64,000 nt of DNA from Nibricoccus sp. (lineage in GTDB: Bacteria > Verrucomicrobiota > Verrucomicrobiia > Opitutales > Opitutaceae): contig JASGHG010000001.1 in assembly GCA_047602425.1 (NCBI GenBank), positions 1,504,001 to 1,568,000 of the forward strand, given 5' to 3'. This document shows positions 1-9,791 of the stretch, in pieces (position 1 is the first letter of the stretch; every line of letters begins with the position of its first letter). Both the position numbers and the translations under genes were made by a program. The notes under the pieces are model-generated. The model ran no database searches, was not told the origin of the DNA, and worked only from the letters and a program-made list of their open reading frames with translations.

Positions 1-1
1 C

Positions 2-97
2 GCCCTTGAGAATTCGGCGTCCGTCGCCGCTCTCGAATACGCGGTCCAGCCTCAAGTTGAGCCGCGAAAGGCTTCAAACGCCTCCGTCAAGTCCTGA
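2..97 (+). CDS. Possible 3' end of a CDS that starts before the window
   Basis: Open frame ALENSASVAALEYAVQPQVEPRKASNASVKS ending TGA at 95-97; too short to verify. Confidence 0.25.
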   Translation, partial: ALENSASVAALEYAVQPQVEPRKASNASVKS

Positions 98-335
98 GAG
101 GTTCCGTCTTTTCGAACTTAAAAGGGTAGGTTATGGCTGCTCGAGCGAAGAGACCCAATCTCGTTATCCTTAAATTGCTGTTTTTAAATTGATTATACTA
201 TAATCTTAACTGCGGGAGTCAGGTAAAAACAAGGCCTGCGCCGCCGTTCGAACTTATAAGGCGCAACCCTATGACGGTTTACTGACCGCTCATTTCTGGT
301 CGGAGCCCGCGGGTTGGAATAGGGTCGGCGGCGTT

Positions 336-902
336 ATGCACCTTGTTCCGCTCATGCCTGACACGCTTGTGGAAACCCAACGCTTGGCCGCAGAACTGTT
401 CCCGTGGGAGCACGAGCACCAATCCGCGCTCGCCGCCGCCATCGCTCCCGCCCATCACGCCGCTTTTTTCCGCGAGCGCCAACTCTCAACCGTCGAGTTT
501 TGGACTCCCCTCAACGAAAACCGGGTCGCCGACCTCGCCGGTCTCTATCACTACGCCGATCAACCGCATGAAGCCTGGCTCGCTTGGTATGGCCTGCATT
601 CCACGGCTCGCGGCAACGGCCAAGGCACGGCGCTCCTGAAGTGGATCATCGCCCACGCCGCCGCCCAACGGAAAAACACACTCCGTCTTTGGACGACCGA
701 CGAAGCCGAATACGCCAAAGCCCTCTCCCTGTATCAGGCATACGGTTTTCGCACAGAACTCTGGTCGGCCCTTCCCGGCGAAACCTGGCACACCTACGTG
801 TTGACCCTCAGCCTCGATGGCCACGAACCGCTCCCCTGGTCCCAATGCCATTCCCACCACGAACTCTGCGGCCGCGAAACCCCTCACCTCGTCGCCGCCT
901 GA
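336..902 (+). CDS. GNAT family N-acetyltransferase
   Basis: Acetyl-CoA motif A (ARGNGQGTALL) and C-terminal ALSLYQAYGF. Confidence 0.8.
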   Translation: MHLVPLMPDTLVETQRLAAELFPWEHEHQSALAAAIAPAHHAAFFRERQLSTVEFWTPLNENRVADLAGLYHYADQPHEAWLAWYGLHSTARGNGQGTALLKWIIAHAAAQRKNTLRLWTTDEAEYAKALSLYQAYGFRTELWSALPGETWHTYVLTLSLDGHEPLPWSQCHSHHELCGRETPHLVAA

Positions 903-938
903 CCGCCGCGTTCACTCCGCCGCACCCTCACAACACGC

Positions 939-1047
939 TTGTCATCCAATAAATGACAAACCGCCAAAATCCCTCCCCCTAAAAATACCTCCGAGTCTTC
1001 TCATAGCGCAATGCCCCCAAACCAGTTTGTCATCTAATGGATGACAA
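939..1047. repeat. Pair of 21-bp palindromes TTGTCAT-N7-ATGACAA (locus 1)
   Basis: TTGTCATCCAATAAATGACAA at 939-959; TTGTCATCTAATGGATGACAA at 1027-1047. Confidence 0.9.
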
Positions 1048-1226
1048 AATTGCTGGGCAGGTAGGCGCTCGCGCACTACATTGCGTGCACTTCGGGAGAG
1101 CTTATGCTGCCGAGCGGAACGGGGCTACAAATTTTCCATCTCAGTTTTGCTGACCCGTCGACTACCTTCACCGTCACCCACCCCTCGCACCATGCGTCTC
1201 TTTTGCTGTCCAACTCGCTACCTCCA

Positions 1227-1637
1227 ATGAAAAAAGCTCTTTTGTTTATCCTCAGTCTATTCTTCGCCACGTCTTGCTTTGCTACGGACGGGCTCGATGT
1301 TTTTCGCGCCGGATTGCAAGCGTTTCAAACCAATGGTGCCGATGCCCTGCTGAGCACGTGGTACACGCAGGATGAACAGGAAAAACTCACCGGTCTGCGC
1401 AAGCGGCTGACTTCGATGACCGAACATCTCGGCACCGTCATCGATACGGAGGTCTTCGCGCCGAAGGATCTCGGGCGCCATGTACAACGCCTTTATGGTG
1501 TGATCTATTTCCAAAAGCGCCCGATCTGGCTGCGCGCCGAATATTATACAATCGATGGTCGCGGCGGCTTCATCTCTCTGGAATTTTCCAGGGAAGCGAG
1601 CGAGATCCTGCCCGTCGAAGTGAAAGTCGCGAACTGA
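1227..1637 (+). CDS. Hypothetical exported protein
   Basis: Signal-peptide-like N-terminus MKKALLFILSLFFATSCFA; start placed at ATG 1227. Confidence 0.75.
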   Translation: MKKALLFILSLFFATSCFATDGLDVFRAGLQAFQTNGADALLSTWYTQDEQEKLTGLRKRLTSMTEHLGTVIDTEVFAPKDLGRHVQRLYGVIYFQKRPIWLRAEYYTIDGRGGFISLEFSREASEILPVEVKVAN

Positions 1638-1840
1638 GCAAAAATCGCAGCCGTTTTTCGGTTCGGCTACACCGAGCGTACAGCGAACCACCCACAACTA
1701 GAGATGCATGCTGGTTCGTCTTTGATCAATCACTCGTTTTGCTCAAAAAGTTGGTTTCAGTTTTCTGATCCATTCACGAATCTCCGTCCCACTGGCGTGC
1801 CCTCGTGTAAGTCGTCCGAGGGCAATGTCCTCTACACTGC

Positions 1841-2959
1841 TCAGTCTTCTTCGTCTCCGGCGCGCGTGGGCACGTATTCCTGGCCCGTCAGCGCGGCAAA
1901 CTTTTGCTTAAAATCCTCCCGCTGCAACGACTCGACGACTTGGTCGATCTGGCCCTCCATGACCTGCGGTAGATTGTACAATGTAAGCCCGATGCGATGA
2001 TCGGTCAGCCGATTCTGCGGAAAGTTGTAGGTACGGATGCGTTCGCTTCTTCCACCCGAACCAATCTGACTACGACGGTGCTCTGCATATTTCGCATGCT
2101 CTTCGTCTTCCTTCATCTTCAGCAGGCGCGAGCGCAGCACGGTTAGCGCCTTGGCTTTGTTTTTCAGCTGCGAACGTTCGTCGGCGCATTGCACCATCAG
2201 GCCCGAGGGTTTGTGCAAAATCTGGACCGCAGAGTCGGTCGTATTGACACCTTGCCCGCCCGGTCCGCTCGCGCGGCAGACGGAGATTTCCAAATCCTGC
2301 GGGTCGATCTGCACATCGACTTCCTCAGCCTCGGGCAGCACCGCGACGGTCACCGTTGAAGTGTGAATGCGGCCGTTGGCCTCCGTCACCGGCACGCGCT
2401 GCACGCGGTGTACGCCGCTCTCGAATTTCAATTGTTTATAGACGTCGGTTCCGGTGATGAGAAAAATCACTTCCTTCATGCCGCCGCGATCCGAGCCGCT
2501 GGTGCTCATGGGCTGGATTTTCCAGCCGTGGTTGTCGGCATATTTTGAATACAATCTGAAAAGCTCCGCGGCGAACAAGCTCGCTTCGTCGCCGCCCGTG
2601 CCGGCGCGAATTTCCATGACGGTGTTGCGCGAATCGCTCGCGTCCGGCGGAATCATCGCGGCGAGAATCGTCCCGTGAAGCTGTTCCACTTTGCGCTCGA
2701 GGTCCGGCAATTCCGCTCCGGCCAATTCCTTCAAATCCGGATCGCCCGCTGGGTCCTTCAGCAGCGCCTGCGCCTCAGCGATTTCGCGTTTCGTTTTTTC
2801 GTAGGTGTGGTGATCGTTGACCAGCTGCAAAACCTTTTGCTGCTCGCGGCTGACCTCAGCGGCCTTCCGCGGGTTGGAGTAAAACGACGGGTCGGCCATC
2901 TGCGCATCGAGTTCGTCGAGGCGGCGTTGAAACGGGGCGATGTCGGGCAGTTGATCCAT
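1841..2959 (-). CDS. prfA: Peptide chain release factor 1
   Basis: GPGGQGVN, RF1-type PVT motif (HRVQRVPVTE), ERIRTYNFPQNR; start at MDQLPD. Confidence 0.97.
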   Translation of the reverse strand: MDQLPDIAPFQRRLDELDAQMADPSFYSNPRKAAEVSREQQKVLQLVNDHHTYEKTKREIAEAQALLKDPAGDPDLKELAGAELPDLERKVEQLHGTILAAMIPPDASDSRNTVMEIRAGTGGDEASLFAAELFRLYSKYADNHGWKIQPMSTSGSDRGGMKEVIFLITGTDVYKQLKFESGVHRVQRVPVTEANGRIHTSTVTVAVLPEAEEVDVQIDPQDLEISVCRASGPGGQGVNTTDSAVQILHKPSGLMVQCADERSQLKNKAKALTVLRSRLLKMKEDEEHAKYAEHRRSQIGSGGRSERIRTYNFPQNRLTDHRIGLTLYNLPQVMEGQIDQVVESLQREDFKQKFAALTGQEYVPTRAGDEED

Positions 2960-3097
2960 GGAAAATTGAAAATGTTCGGCGGACAGTGAGACGGGAGCGG
3001 CGGCAGGCGGGAGGGCGATTTGCGAATTGCGCCAGCGGCACAATACGGCTTGCTTGGGCGAAACGACGTGCGCTTCCCCTAGAGGTGCTGATCCGAT

Positions 3098-4123
3098 ATG
3101 GCTACCACACTTTTCACGCAGAACATCATCGCCTGTATTTGGGACTTCGACAAGACCCTAATCCCGGAATACATGCAGACGCCGCTTTTTCGGCGCTACG
3201 GGATTAACGAGTCCAACTTCTGGGCCGAGACCAACGCCCTAGTCGAACACTATCGCCAGCGTGGCTACCATCTTTCCGGCGAGATCGCCTACCTCAACCA
3301 TCTGCTCACCTACGTGCTCGCCGGCGAAATGCCGAAGTTAAACAACAAAATCCTCCGCGAGTGCGGCGGCGCGATCAAGTTCTACCCTGGCCTCCCGCAG
3401 TTCTTCGACGTGGCGAAGGAATGGGTCGGCGAAAAAGAAATTTACCGCAAACATGAGATCCAACTCGAACACTACATCGTCAGCACCGGCCTCGCCGAAA
3501 TCGTCCGCGGCAGCGCGATCGCCCCGCACGTCGACGGCATCTGGGGCTGCGAATTCATCGAGAACCCACTCCAACCCGGCTTCCTAAAACAAAAGGAAAT
3601 GGATCTCTCCGCCGAGGCCGAGATCGCGCAACTGTCCACGATCATCGACAACACCACCAAAACCCGCGCCCTCTTCGAAATCAACAAAGGCACGAACAAA
3701 AACCCCGCGATCGACGTCAACGCCAACATCGCTCCCGAGGATCGCCGCATCCCTTTCCAAAACATGATCTACATCGCGGACGGCCCGAGCGACATCCCAA
3801 GTTTCTCCGTGGTGAAAAAAGGCGGCGGCAAAGCCTACGCCGTGCACAACCCGGCCCGAACCGACGAATTCGCCCAAAACGACCGCCTGCGCCAGGTCGG
3901 CCGCATCGACCACTACGGCCCGGCCGACTACACCTCGAACAGCAGCACGTTCCACTGGCTCAAGCTGCACATCCAAGCGATGTGCGATCGCGTCGTCTCC
4001 GATCGCGAGATCGCCGTCGCCTCGCGCGTATCCAAACCACCACGACACCTGAATTCCACGCCCGAGGAAGAAGCCGCCAAACGGATCGCCAAGGGACCGA
4101 AGCAGGCGACATTCTTGGAATGA
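3098..4123 (+). CDS. HAD-superfamily hydrolase
   Basis: Motif I WDFDKT, motif II IVSTG, motif IV IADGPSD. Confidence 0.85.
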   Translation: MATTLFTQNIIACIWDFDKTLIPEYMQTPLFRRYGINESNFWAETNALVEHYRQRGYHLSGEIAYLNHLLTYVLAGEMPKLNNKILRECGGAIKFYPGLPQFFDVAKEWVGEKEIYRKHEIQLEHYIVSTGLAEIVRGSAIAPHVDGIWGCEFIENPLQPGFLKQKEMDLSAEAEIAQLSTIIDNTTKTRALFEINKGTNKNPAIDVNANIAPEDRRIPFQNMIYIADGPSDIPSFSVVKKGGGKAYAVHNPARTDEFAQNDRLRQVGRIDHYGPADYTSNSSTFHWLKLHIQAMCDRVVSDREIAVASRVSKPPRHLNSTPEEEAAKRIAKGPKQATFLE

Positions 4124-4211
4124 GCCTGTGCTAAACCAGGCGTTGCAGCCAAAACGAATGCCCGAAGCTTCCACCGTCCCGCCTGCCCGCGCACGAGGAT
4201 TGTCAGGTGGT

Positions 4212-4505
4212 CTTTTCGCTTCTGCGCCGCCACCCTTCGGCCCGTAGCAAAGTCTTTTCGGTTCTTCGCGTGAACCGTTCGCTGCGTAGCTATTCCCATT
4301 CGCCTGTTCGCTGACTCCATTCGGTTCACAGCCATCTCCGTTTGCTTCGTAGACGGGACTTTTCGCTTCATAGCGCATAGTTTTCGGCCGCTAGCGGAAC
4401 CCGTTCGGTTCGTAACCGGAACTTTTCGGCTTATAGCTGACACTTTTCGGTCCATAGCTAGAACTTTTCGCTTCATAGCTAAGACTTTCCGGTTGATAGC
4501 TAAAT
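4212..4505. repeat. Degenerate tandem array, 14 x 21 bp
   Basis: 14 in-phase units with no indels; consensus about CTTTTCG(G/C)TTCATAGC-N5 (e.g. 4443-4463, 4464-4484). Confidence 0.85.
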
Positions 4506-4753
4506 TCATTTTTGTCGCCTACGCCCCTATGTGACTGCGACTTATGGTACTTTTCTAGCTAGGATATACCTTCTGCAAACTGAGGCATCTTCAACTCCAT
4601 CCGCCCCCCTTGCAGCACGATGTATCACAACGGCTCAAGTCCAAATATCGTGTTTGGATACAGGTTCTTGTGTAATCGGCGAGACCCGCGAATTCCCAAA
4701 AAATCCCCCGCAAGATGCAGGACCGGGTGCCGATAACAGAAGAGCCAAGCGAT

Positions 4754-7700
4754 ATGAGATCAGGCCTTATCACTTCGACACTGCTGTTTCTCCGCAACAG
4801 TTGGGGAACCCTTTTGGTTTTAGCCGCGTTTTATCTGACAGCGGGCACCTCTGCCTTTGCACAAATCGCCCCCGAATCGCCGACCGCCAACGTCGCTCCC
4901 GCGGCGACTGCCAGCATCCCCACCCCCAGCGTTCCTGCCATCGCATCCGCGGTTGAAAACAAAATTCTCCAATCCGCGGCGGAGGTCCGCCTGCTCAAGA
5001 CCACTCCTCCCGACGGAAATACCAAACCCGTCGCCTTGAAAGGCGTCGTCACCTTTGTTCATGCCGAGCGTCAGACTTTTTACCTGACTGATCCCACCGC
5101 CAGCGTCGCGGTTTCACTGGCCGATGAACGACTGACCCTGCCGCTGGTGGGCGATTTGGTGTCGCTCACGGGAACCGCCGCAACAGGTTCACGAATTCCC
5201 ACGGTCCGCGCCAATGCTATTGTGGTGGAACAAAAGGTTGTGCTTCCGCCCGCGCAGGAAACTTCGTTCGAGTCCGCGCTTTCCGGCAACGAGGATGCCC
5301 AGTGGATCGAGCTCCAGGGCCAATTGCGTCAGGTCGACGTACTCGACAGCTGGGTTCGTCTCAACCTGACGACTGCGACAGGGGACTTTTCAGTCAGCAT
5401 TCCTTCAGGCGAACGCCCTCCCGCCGCCGTCGGCGCCACACTCCGCGTCCGCGGCATCTGCTCGACGTGGATGGTGTCGCGCACTCAAAAAATTGGCGGT
5501 TTCTTTTTGTTCACCCCTTCGGTTTCCAATCTCGACGTCATCAATTCCGTCGCCTCGGACGCGACTTCGCTCACTCAGGTCAACCAGCTGCAACGACTCC
5601 GCGCCGAAGAAGCAAAAGCCGGCCGGTCCGCCGTGCTGCGCGGCGTCGTCACCTTCGCTCATCCCGACCAGCGCATCTTCTATATCAACGACGCAACGGG
5701 TGGCGTGCTCGTATGGATCGACGAATCCACCGTCTCGCTCAATGCAAAGGACCCTGCGGACCGTACCGCGTCGCTTCCCCCGGTCGGTTCCTTCGTCACC
5801 GTGCGCGGCCGCACCAGTGTCGGTGTATTTTCCGCCAGTCTGCACGCCGACGAAATCGAAATCCGCGGCTCACGCCCTTTGCCCGTGCCAAAAGCCATCA
5901 GCCTGGAACAGGCCTACACCGGTTCGGAGGATGGCCAATGGGTGGAAATGCGCGGACATCTGCGCCAGATTGACGTATTCGGAAATTGGCTACGCCTGAC
6001 TCTCACGGCCAACGTGGGCGACTTCCTCGTGAGCATTCCGCGGGCAGCAGGGACCGATGTTAAAATTGGCTCGTTCCTCAAAGTGCGCGGCGTCTGCCAG
6101 CCGTGGCTGAATGAAAAATCCCGCGTGGGCGGAATCTTTCTCTACACTCCGTCGCTGAATAACATCGAGGTGGCCGAGGCCGCCCTCGCCGATCCCTTCG
6201 CCGCACCCGAGGAAACCATCAACAACCTCCAACAATACCGGACACAGACCTTGCAGCAGCAGCAGGTGCTCGTTCGCGGTGTCGTTCTCCACCAAATGCC
6301 GGGCCGCTACGTCGTCGTTCAAAATGCGACGGGCGTGGTGCGAGCCCTCAGCCGCGACGATTCAAGTTTGGTCCCCGGCGACCAGGTCGACGTGGTGGGC
6401 TTTCCCGGTCGTCAGGGAAATCGCTCCGTCTTGCGCGGTGCGGTATTCCGGCGCACCGCCTCCGGGCCCGCGCCGACTCCGGCGCCACTGAGCCCGCAAG
6501 AGGGACAAAAGGTCGACCCGAAGTTGGATGGCCGCCTCGTCACCGTGACGGGGTCGTTGGTCAACCTGTCGTGGCGTCCCGAGGATACGCGACTCATGGT
6601 TCAGGTGGGCAAGGCCGTGATGGAGATTGTCTATCAGGGCGAACTACCCGCCAGCGTCCCGGATCAATGGGAAACCGGAAGCGAAATCACGGTCACCGGC
6701 CTCTATTGGGCCGAATACGACGACAACGATCTACCGACAAAATTTTCGCTTCAGCTCCGTTCGCCGAACGATATTGTCGTCCTAAAAAACCCTTCGTGGT
6801 GGACCGCCGGCCGTGCGCTGACCGGTCTCGGATTGTTCGCCGGATGTCTTGTTCTCGGATTGGCGTGGGTCGCCGTTCTGAAACGCAGGGTGTTGCGGCA
6901 AACCAACGTCATCCGGGAGCAGCTCGAAAAAGAAGCCAACTTGCAGGTTCGCCACGGCGAAATCATTGCGAATGCGAGCGATTTTATTTTCACCACGGAC
7001 CTCGAGGGCAGATTCACGTCCTTCAATCCCGCCGGCGAACGCAGCATGGGATACAGCGCCACCGAGGCGCTTCAAATCGGAATCCGCGATTTGATCGCGG
7101 GCGAAGACGCCGCAATCGGCGACGCATTGCTCTCACTTGCTCACAAGTCCGAGCATACGCCGGCCGCACGGTTTGAAACTCGCTTCAAAACCCGCGAAGG
7201 CAAACTCGTCTGGATGGAAACAAGCGCGCGACCCATTCATGAAGCGGGACGTCCCGCGGGCCTCCTGGGCATCGCTCGCGACATCACGGAGCGCAAACAA
7301 ATCGAGGACGAGTTGCGCCGTGCACGCGCCGCTGCCGAAACAACCACCCAGGCCAAAAGCGCCTTCCTGGCCAATATGAGCCATGAGATCCGCACGCCAC
7401 TCAGCGGCGTGATCGGCATGAGCAACCTTTTGCTTGATACAACGCTCCAGCCGGAGCAACGCGATTTCGCCGAAACCATTCACAACAGCGCCCAATCGCT
7501 GATGACGATCCTCAACGACATCCTCGACTTTTCAAAAATCGAGGCCGGCAAACTTCAATTCGAGAACGCCGCGTTCGACCTCACTTCGCCCATTGAAGAC
7601 TCGCTTTCCCTGCTCACCGCCCGCGCCAGCGCCAAGGAAATTCATCTCCTTTCCGATATCGCGCCCGACCTGCCTCGCTACGTGATGGGCGACCCCGGAC

Positions 7701-8902
7701 GGCTGCGTCAGGTCCTGCTGAACCTCGTCGGCAACGCGGTGAAATTCACCGAGAAGGGCGAGGTGGTCGTCGCCGTCAGCCGCGTCGACGAAACCAACTC
7801 CCATATCCAATTGCGTTTCGAGGTCAGCGACACTGGCGTCGGCATGAGCGAGGAAACTCTGCAGCAACTTTTCAATCCTTTCTCTCAAGCCGATGCTTCA
7901 ACCACCCGGCGCTTCGGTGGCACCGGACTCGGACTCGCGATCAGCAAACAGCTTGTTGAAATGATGGGCGGAAGAATCGGTGTCCACAGTCAATTGGGCC
8001 ATGGCTCCACGTTTTGGTTCACCGTGCGGTTGGAAAAACAGCCGGGGGCCAACGTCGTCGCGGCGCCGGCTCTGGTGGATACGTTCACCGGCAAGCGCGT
8101 GCTCGTCGTCGACAGCCACGCCACCAGCCTGAAGATCGTTGGCCAATATCTCGAAGCATGGAAACTGCGTTGCGATGTCGCCAAATCAAAGGATGAAGCG
8201 ATCAACCTCGCGACGGCCGCCGCCCAGGCCGGGGATCCCTATCGACTCACGATCCTCGACAACGACATGTTCGAAATTGATGGCGTCGCCCTGGCGAAAA
8301 CGCTGCGACAGATTTCTCCGTATCAAAATCTCCTGTTCATTCTCCTCACTTCGCTCGACCGCCAGTTGGCGCGGCAGGAGCTTCCCGCCATCGGAGTGCG
8401 ACGTGTATTGAGGAAGCCGATACGCCAGGATGACCTGAAGCGCGCGCTCCTCCGGCTGCTCGGCGACAATGCCGACGCCGACTCAAATCCGCAGCAAAAC
8501 GCATCTTCCGAACTCCCCGCCGCACCCCAAATCGATTCCAAGCTCCGTATCATTGTGGCCGAGGACAATCTGGTGAACCAACGCATCATCGACATGCAGT
8601 TGAAAAAGCTCGGCCTCCGTACCGACCTCGCCGCAAGCGGCCACGAACTTCTCTCCGCGATGGAAAACAAGCCGTACGACCTCGTGCTTATGGATTGCCA
8701 GATGCCTGAGATGGACGGGTATGAAGCCACACGCCGCATCAGGACCAGCGGACGATTCCCCAGCCTCCGCATTGTCGCCATGACCGCCAACGCCATGCAG
8801 GGCGATCGCGAAAAATGCCTCGCAGCCGGCATGGACGACTACATGAGCAAGCCCATCAGGGTGGATGAATTGCGCCGCGTGCTCGGATTCAAAAACAGTT
8901 AG
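4754..8902 (+). CDS. Hybrid sensor histidine kinase (repeated extracytoplasmic domain, TM, PAS, HisKA, HATPase, two REC)
   Basis: [46 protein letters not shown]; three N-terminal repeats starting L(K/R)GVVTF or VRGVVL; start could be 4715. Confidence 0.93.
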   Translation: MRSGLITSTLLFLRNSWGTLLVLAAFYLTAGTSAFAQIAPESPTANVAPAATASIPTPSVPAIASAVENKILQSAAEVRLLKTTPPDGNTKPVALKGVVTFVHAERQTFYLTDPTASVAVSLADERLTLPLVGDLVSLTGTAATGSRIPTVRANAIVVEQKVVLPPAQETSFESALSGNEDAQWIELQGQLRQVDVLDSWVRLNLTTATGDFSVSIPSGERPPAAVGATLRVRGICSTWMVSRTQKIGGFFLFTPSVSNLDVINSVASDATSLTQVNQLQRLRAEEAKAGRSAVLRGVVTFAHPDQRIFYINDATGGVLVWIDESTVSLNAKDPADRTASLPPVGSFVTVRGRTSVGVFSASLHADEIEIRGSRPLPVPKAISLEQAYTGSEDGQWVEMRGHLRQIDVFGNWLRLTLTANVGDFLVSIPRAAGTDVKIGSFLKVRGVCQPWLNEKSRVGGIFLYTPSLNNIEVAEAALADPFAAPEETINNLQQYRTQTLQQQQVLVRGVVLHQMPGRYVVVQNATGVVRALSRDDSSLVPGDQVDVVGFPGRQGNRSVLRGAVFRRTASGPAPTPAPLSPQEGQKVDPKLDGRLVTVTGSLVNLSWRPEDTRLMVQVGKAVMEIVYQGELPASVPDQWETGSEITVTGLYWAEYDDNDLPTKFSLQLRSPNDIVVLKNPSWWTAGRALTGLGLFAGCLVLGLAWVAVLKRRVLRQTNVIREQLEKEANLQVRHGEIIANASDFIFTTDLEGRFTSFNPAGERSMGYSATEALQIGIRDLIAGEDAAIGDALLSLAHKSEHTPAARFETRFKTREGKLVWMETSARPIHEAGRPAGLLGIARDITERKQIEDELRRARAAAETTTQAKSAFLANMSHEIRTPLSGVIGMSNLLLDTTLQPEQRDFAETIHNSAQSLMTILNDILDFSKIEAGKLQFENAAFDLTSPIEDSLSLLTARASAKEIHLLSDIAPDLPRYVMGDPGRLRQVLLNLVGNAVKFTEKGEVVVAVSRVDETNSHIQLRFEVSDTGVGMSEETLQQLFNPFSQADASTTRRFGGTGLGLAISKQLVEMMGGRIGVHSQLGHGSTFWFTVRLEKQPGANVVAAPALVDTFTGKRVLVVDSHATSLKIVGQYLEAWKLRCDVAKSKDEAINLATAAAQAGDPYRLTILDNDMFEIDGVALAKTLRQISPYQNLLFILLTSLDRQLARQELPAIGVRRVLRKPIRQDDLKRALLRLLGDNADADSNPQQNASSELPAAPQIDSKLRIIVAEDNLVNQRIIDMQLKKLGLRTDLAASGHELLSAMENKPYDLVLMDCQMPEMDGYEATRRIRTSGRFPSLRIVAMTANAMQGDREKCLAAGMDDYMSKPIRVDELRRVLGFKNS

Positions 8903-9069
8903 AGCACATACGATAAAACTGTAGCCGTAAATCGGTATTACAAACCGAGCTGTCTTCGTAGGGGCGCAGTCTTGCTGCGCCCTTTCTGTGGCAAAGCCAA
9001 ACCGGGCGCAGCAAGACTGCGCCCCTACAGCCGAAGTTGTGCGGTTATGACATTTTTAAAAATGCTCTA
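8900..9069. mobile_element. MITE-like element copy 1 (170 bp) with internal GTAG-type REP doublet
   Basis: Ends TAGAGCA...TGCTCTA; internal GTAGGGGCGCAGTCTTGCTGCGCCC plus exact inverted copy; second copy at 59242-59393. Confidence 0.7.
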
Positions 9070-9117
9070 GCCCCCATTTCCATCCTCGGCGCTGGCAGGA
9101 AGGCGCCGCTTCGCGGG

Positions 9118-9663
9118 TCAACCTTGGGGCGGTTTTACCGGTTCGGTAACGACTACCGTGCTTTCAACCGGCGAAGGAGCCTGACGACTTTCCACCAGAT
9201 TGGCCACCCGCTGCGCATAATATTTGCTGGTTTCGGAGGCGCGATTGTTCAGCGTCGCATGCAAACCGGCGTTCCATGCGAGGCCGATGTGGTAAGGCGT
9301 CACCTCCAGCTTGTTCCGCTCCAGCCCCCGCTTGATCCATTCGTAGTGGGCTTCGGCCACGATTTTCGCCTCGGCATTGTCCGCCGCGAGCGAGAAGGGT
9401 TTCTTTGTGTAAGCGTACCAAACGGTAGGTCTAAATTGGAACGGTCCTAGTTCCCCGCGCCGGCCGATGCGCGTGGAATTGTGGGGATTTTCCACGTCAT
9501 GGATCGCATCGAGCACCTCAGTGCGTTCCCACGCATGGGCGATCTGAGTCGATCCCAAAAGAGTCATGCCCGCCACAACCAACCGCCACAAACTGACAGC
9601 CCGACGTGAAAGAGAGAATGCACACAAACCAGCTCCGGATTGTGTCTGAGTGCTTGGTTTCAT
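9118..9663 (-). CDS. Exported protein, probable lysozyme/lytic-transglycosylase-like fold
   Basis: Hydrophobic leader ending AHA; AIHDVEN, GELGPFQF, LAWNAG resemble SLT motifs I-III. Confidence 0.6.
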   Translation of the reverse strand: MKPSTQTQSGAGLCAFSLSRRAVSLWRLVVAGMTLLGSTQIAHAWERTEVLDAIHDVENPHNSTRIGRRGELGPFQFRPTVWYAYTKKPFSLAADNAEAKIVAEAHYEWIKRGLERNKLEVTPYHIGLAWNAGLHATLNNRASETSKYYAQRVANLVESRQAPSPVESTVVVTEPVKPPQG

Positions 9664-9791
9664 AAGCGCCGCGCGGGTGGGCTGCCTTAAGACAAGTATC
9701 GACAACACCGGTTCTGGCAAGAACCGGGAAAATTTTTACAGCTTAGATGCAAACAGGATCGTCTCTCTCGACCGATACCCTGGCGCAAAGG

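Noticed and set aside
939..1047. Palindrome pairs as mini-CRISPR, parS, matS or dif sites
   Set aside because: Only two copies per locus with variable spacing; the sequence does not match parS (TGTTTCACGTGAAACA), matS or dif consensus
4212..4505. CRISPR array
   Set aside because: Units are contiguous and degenerate, with no constant repeat plus unique spacer and no cas genes
9037..9450. Duplicated ORF start MCGYDIFKNALAP (also at 59361)
   Set aside because: An artefact of the repeated MITE-like end, not a gene family
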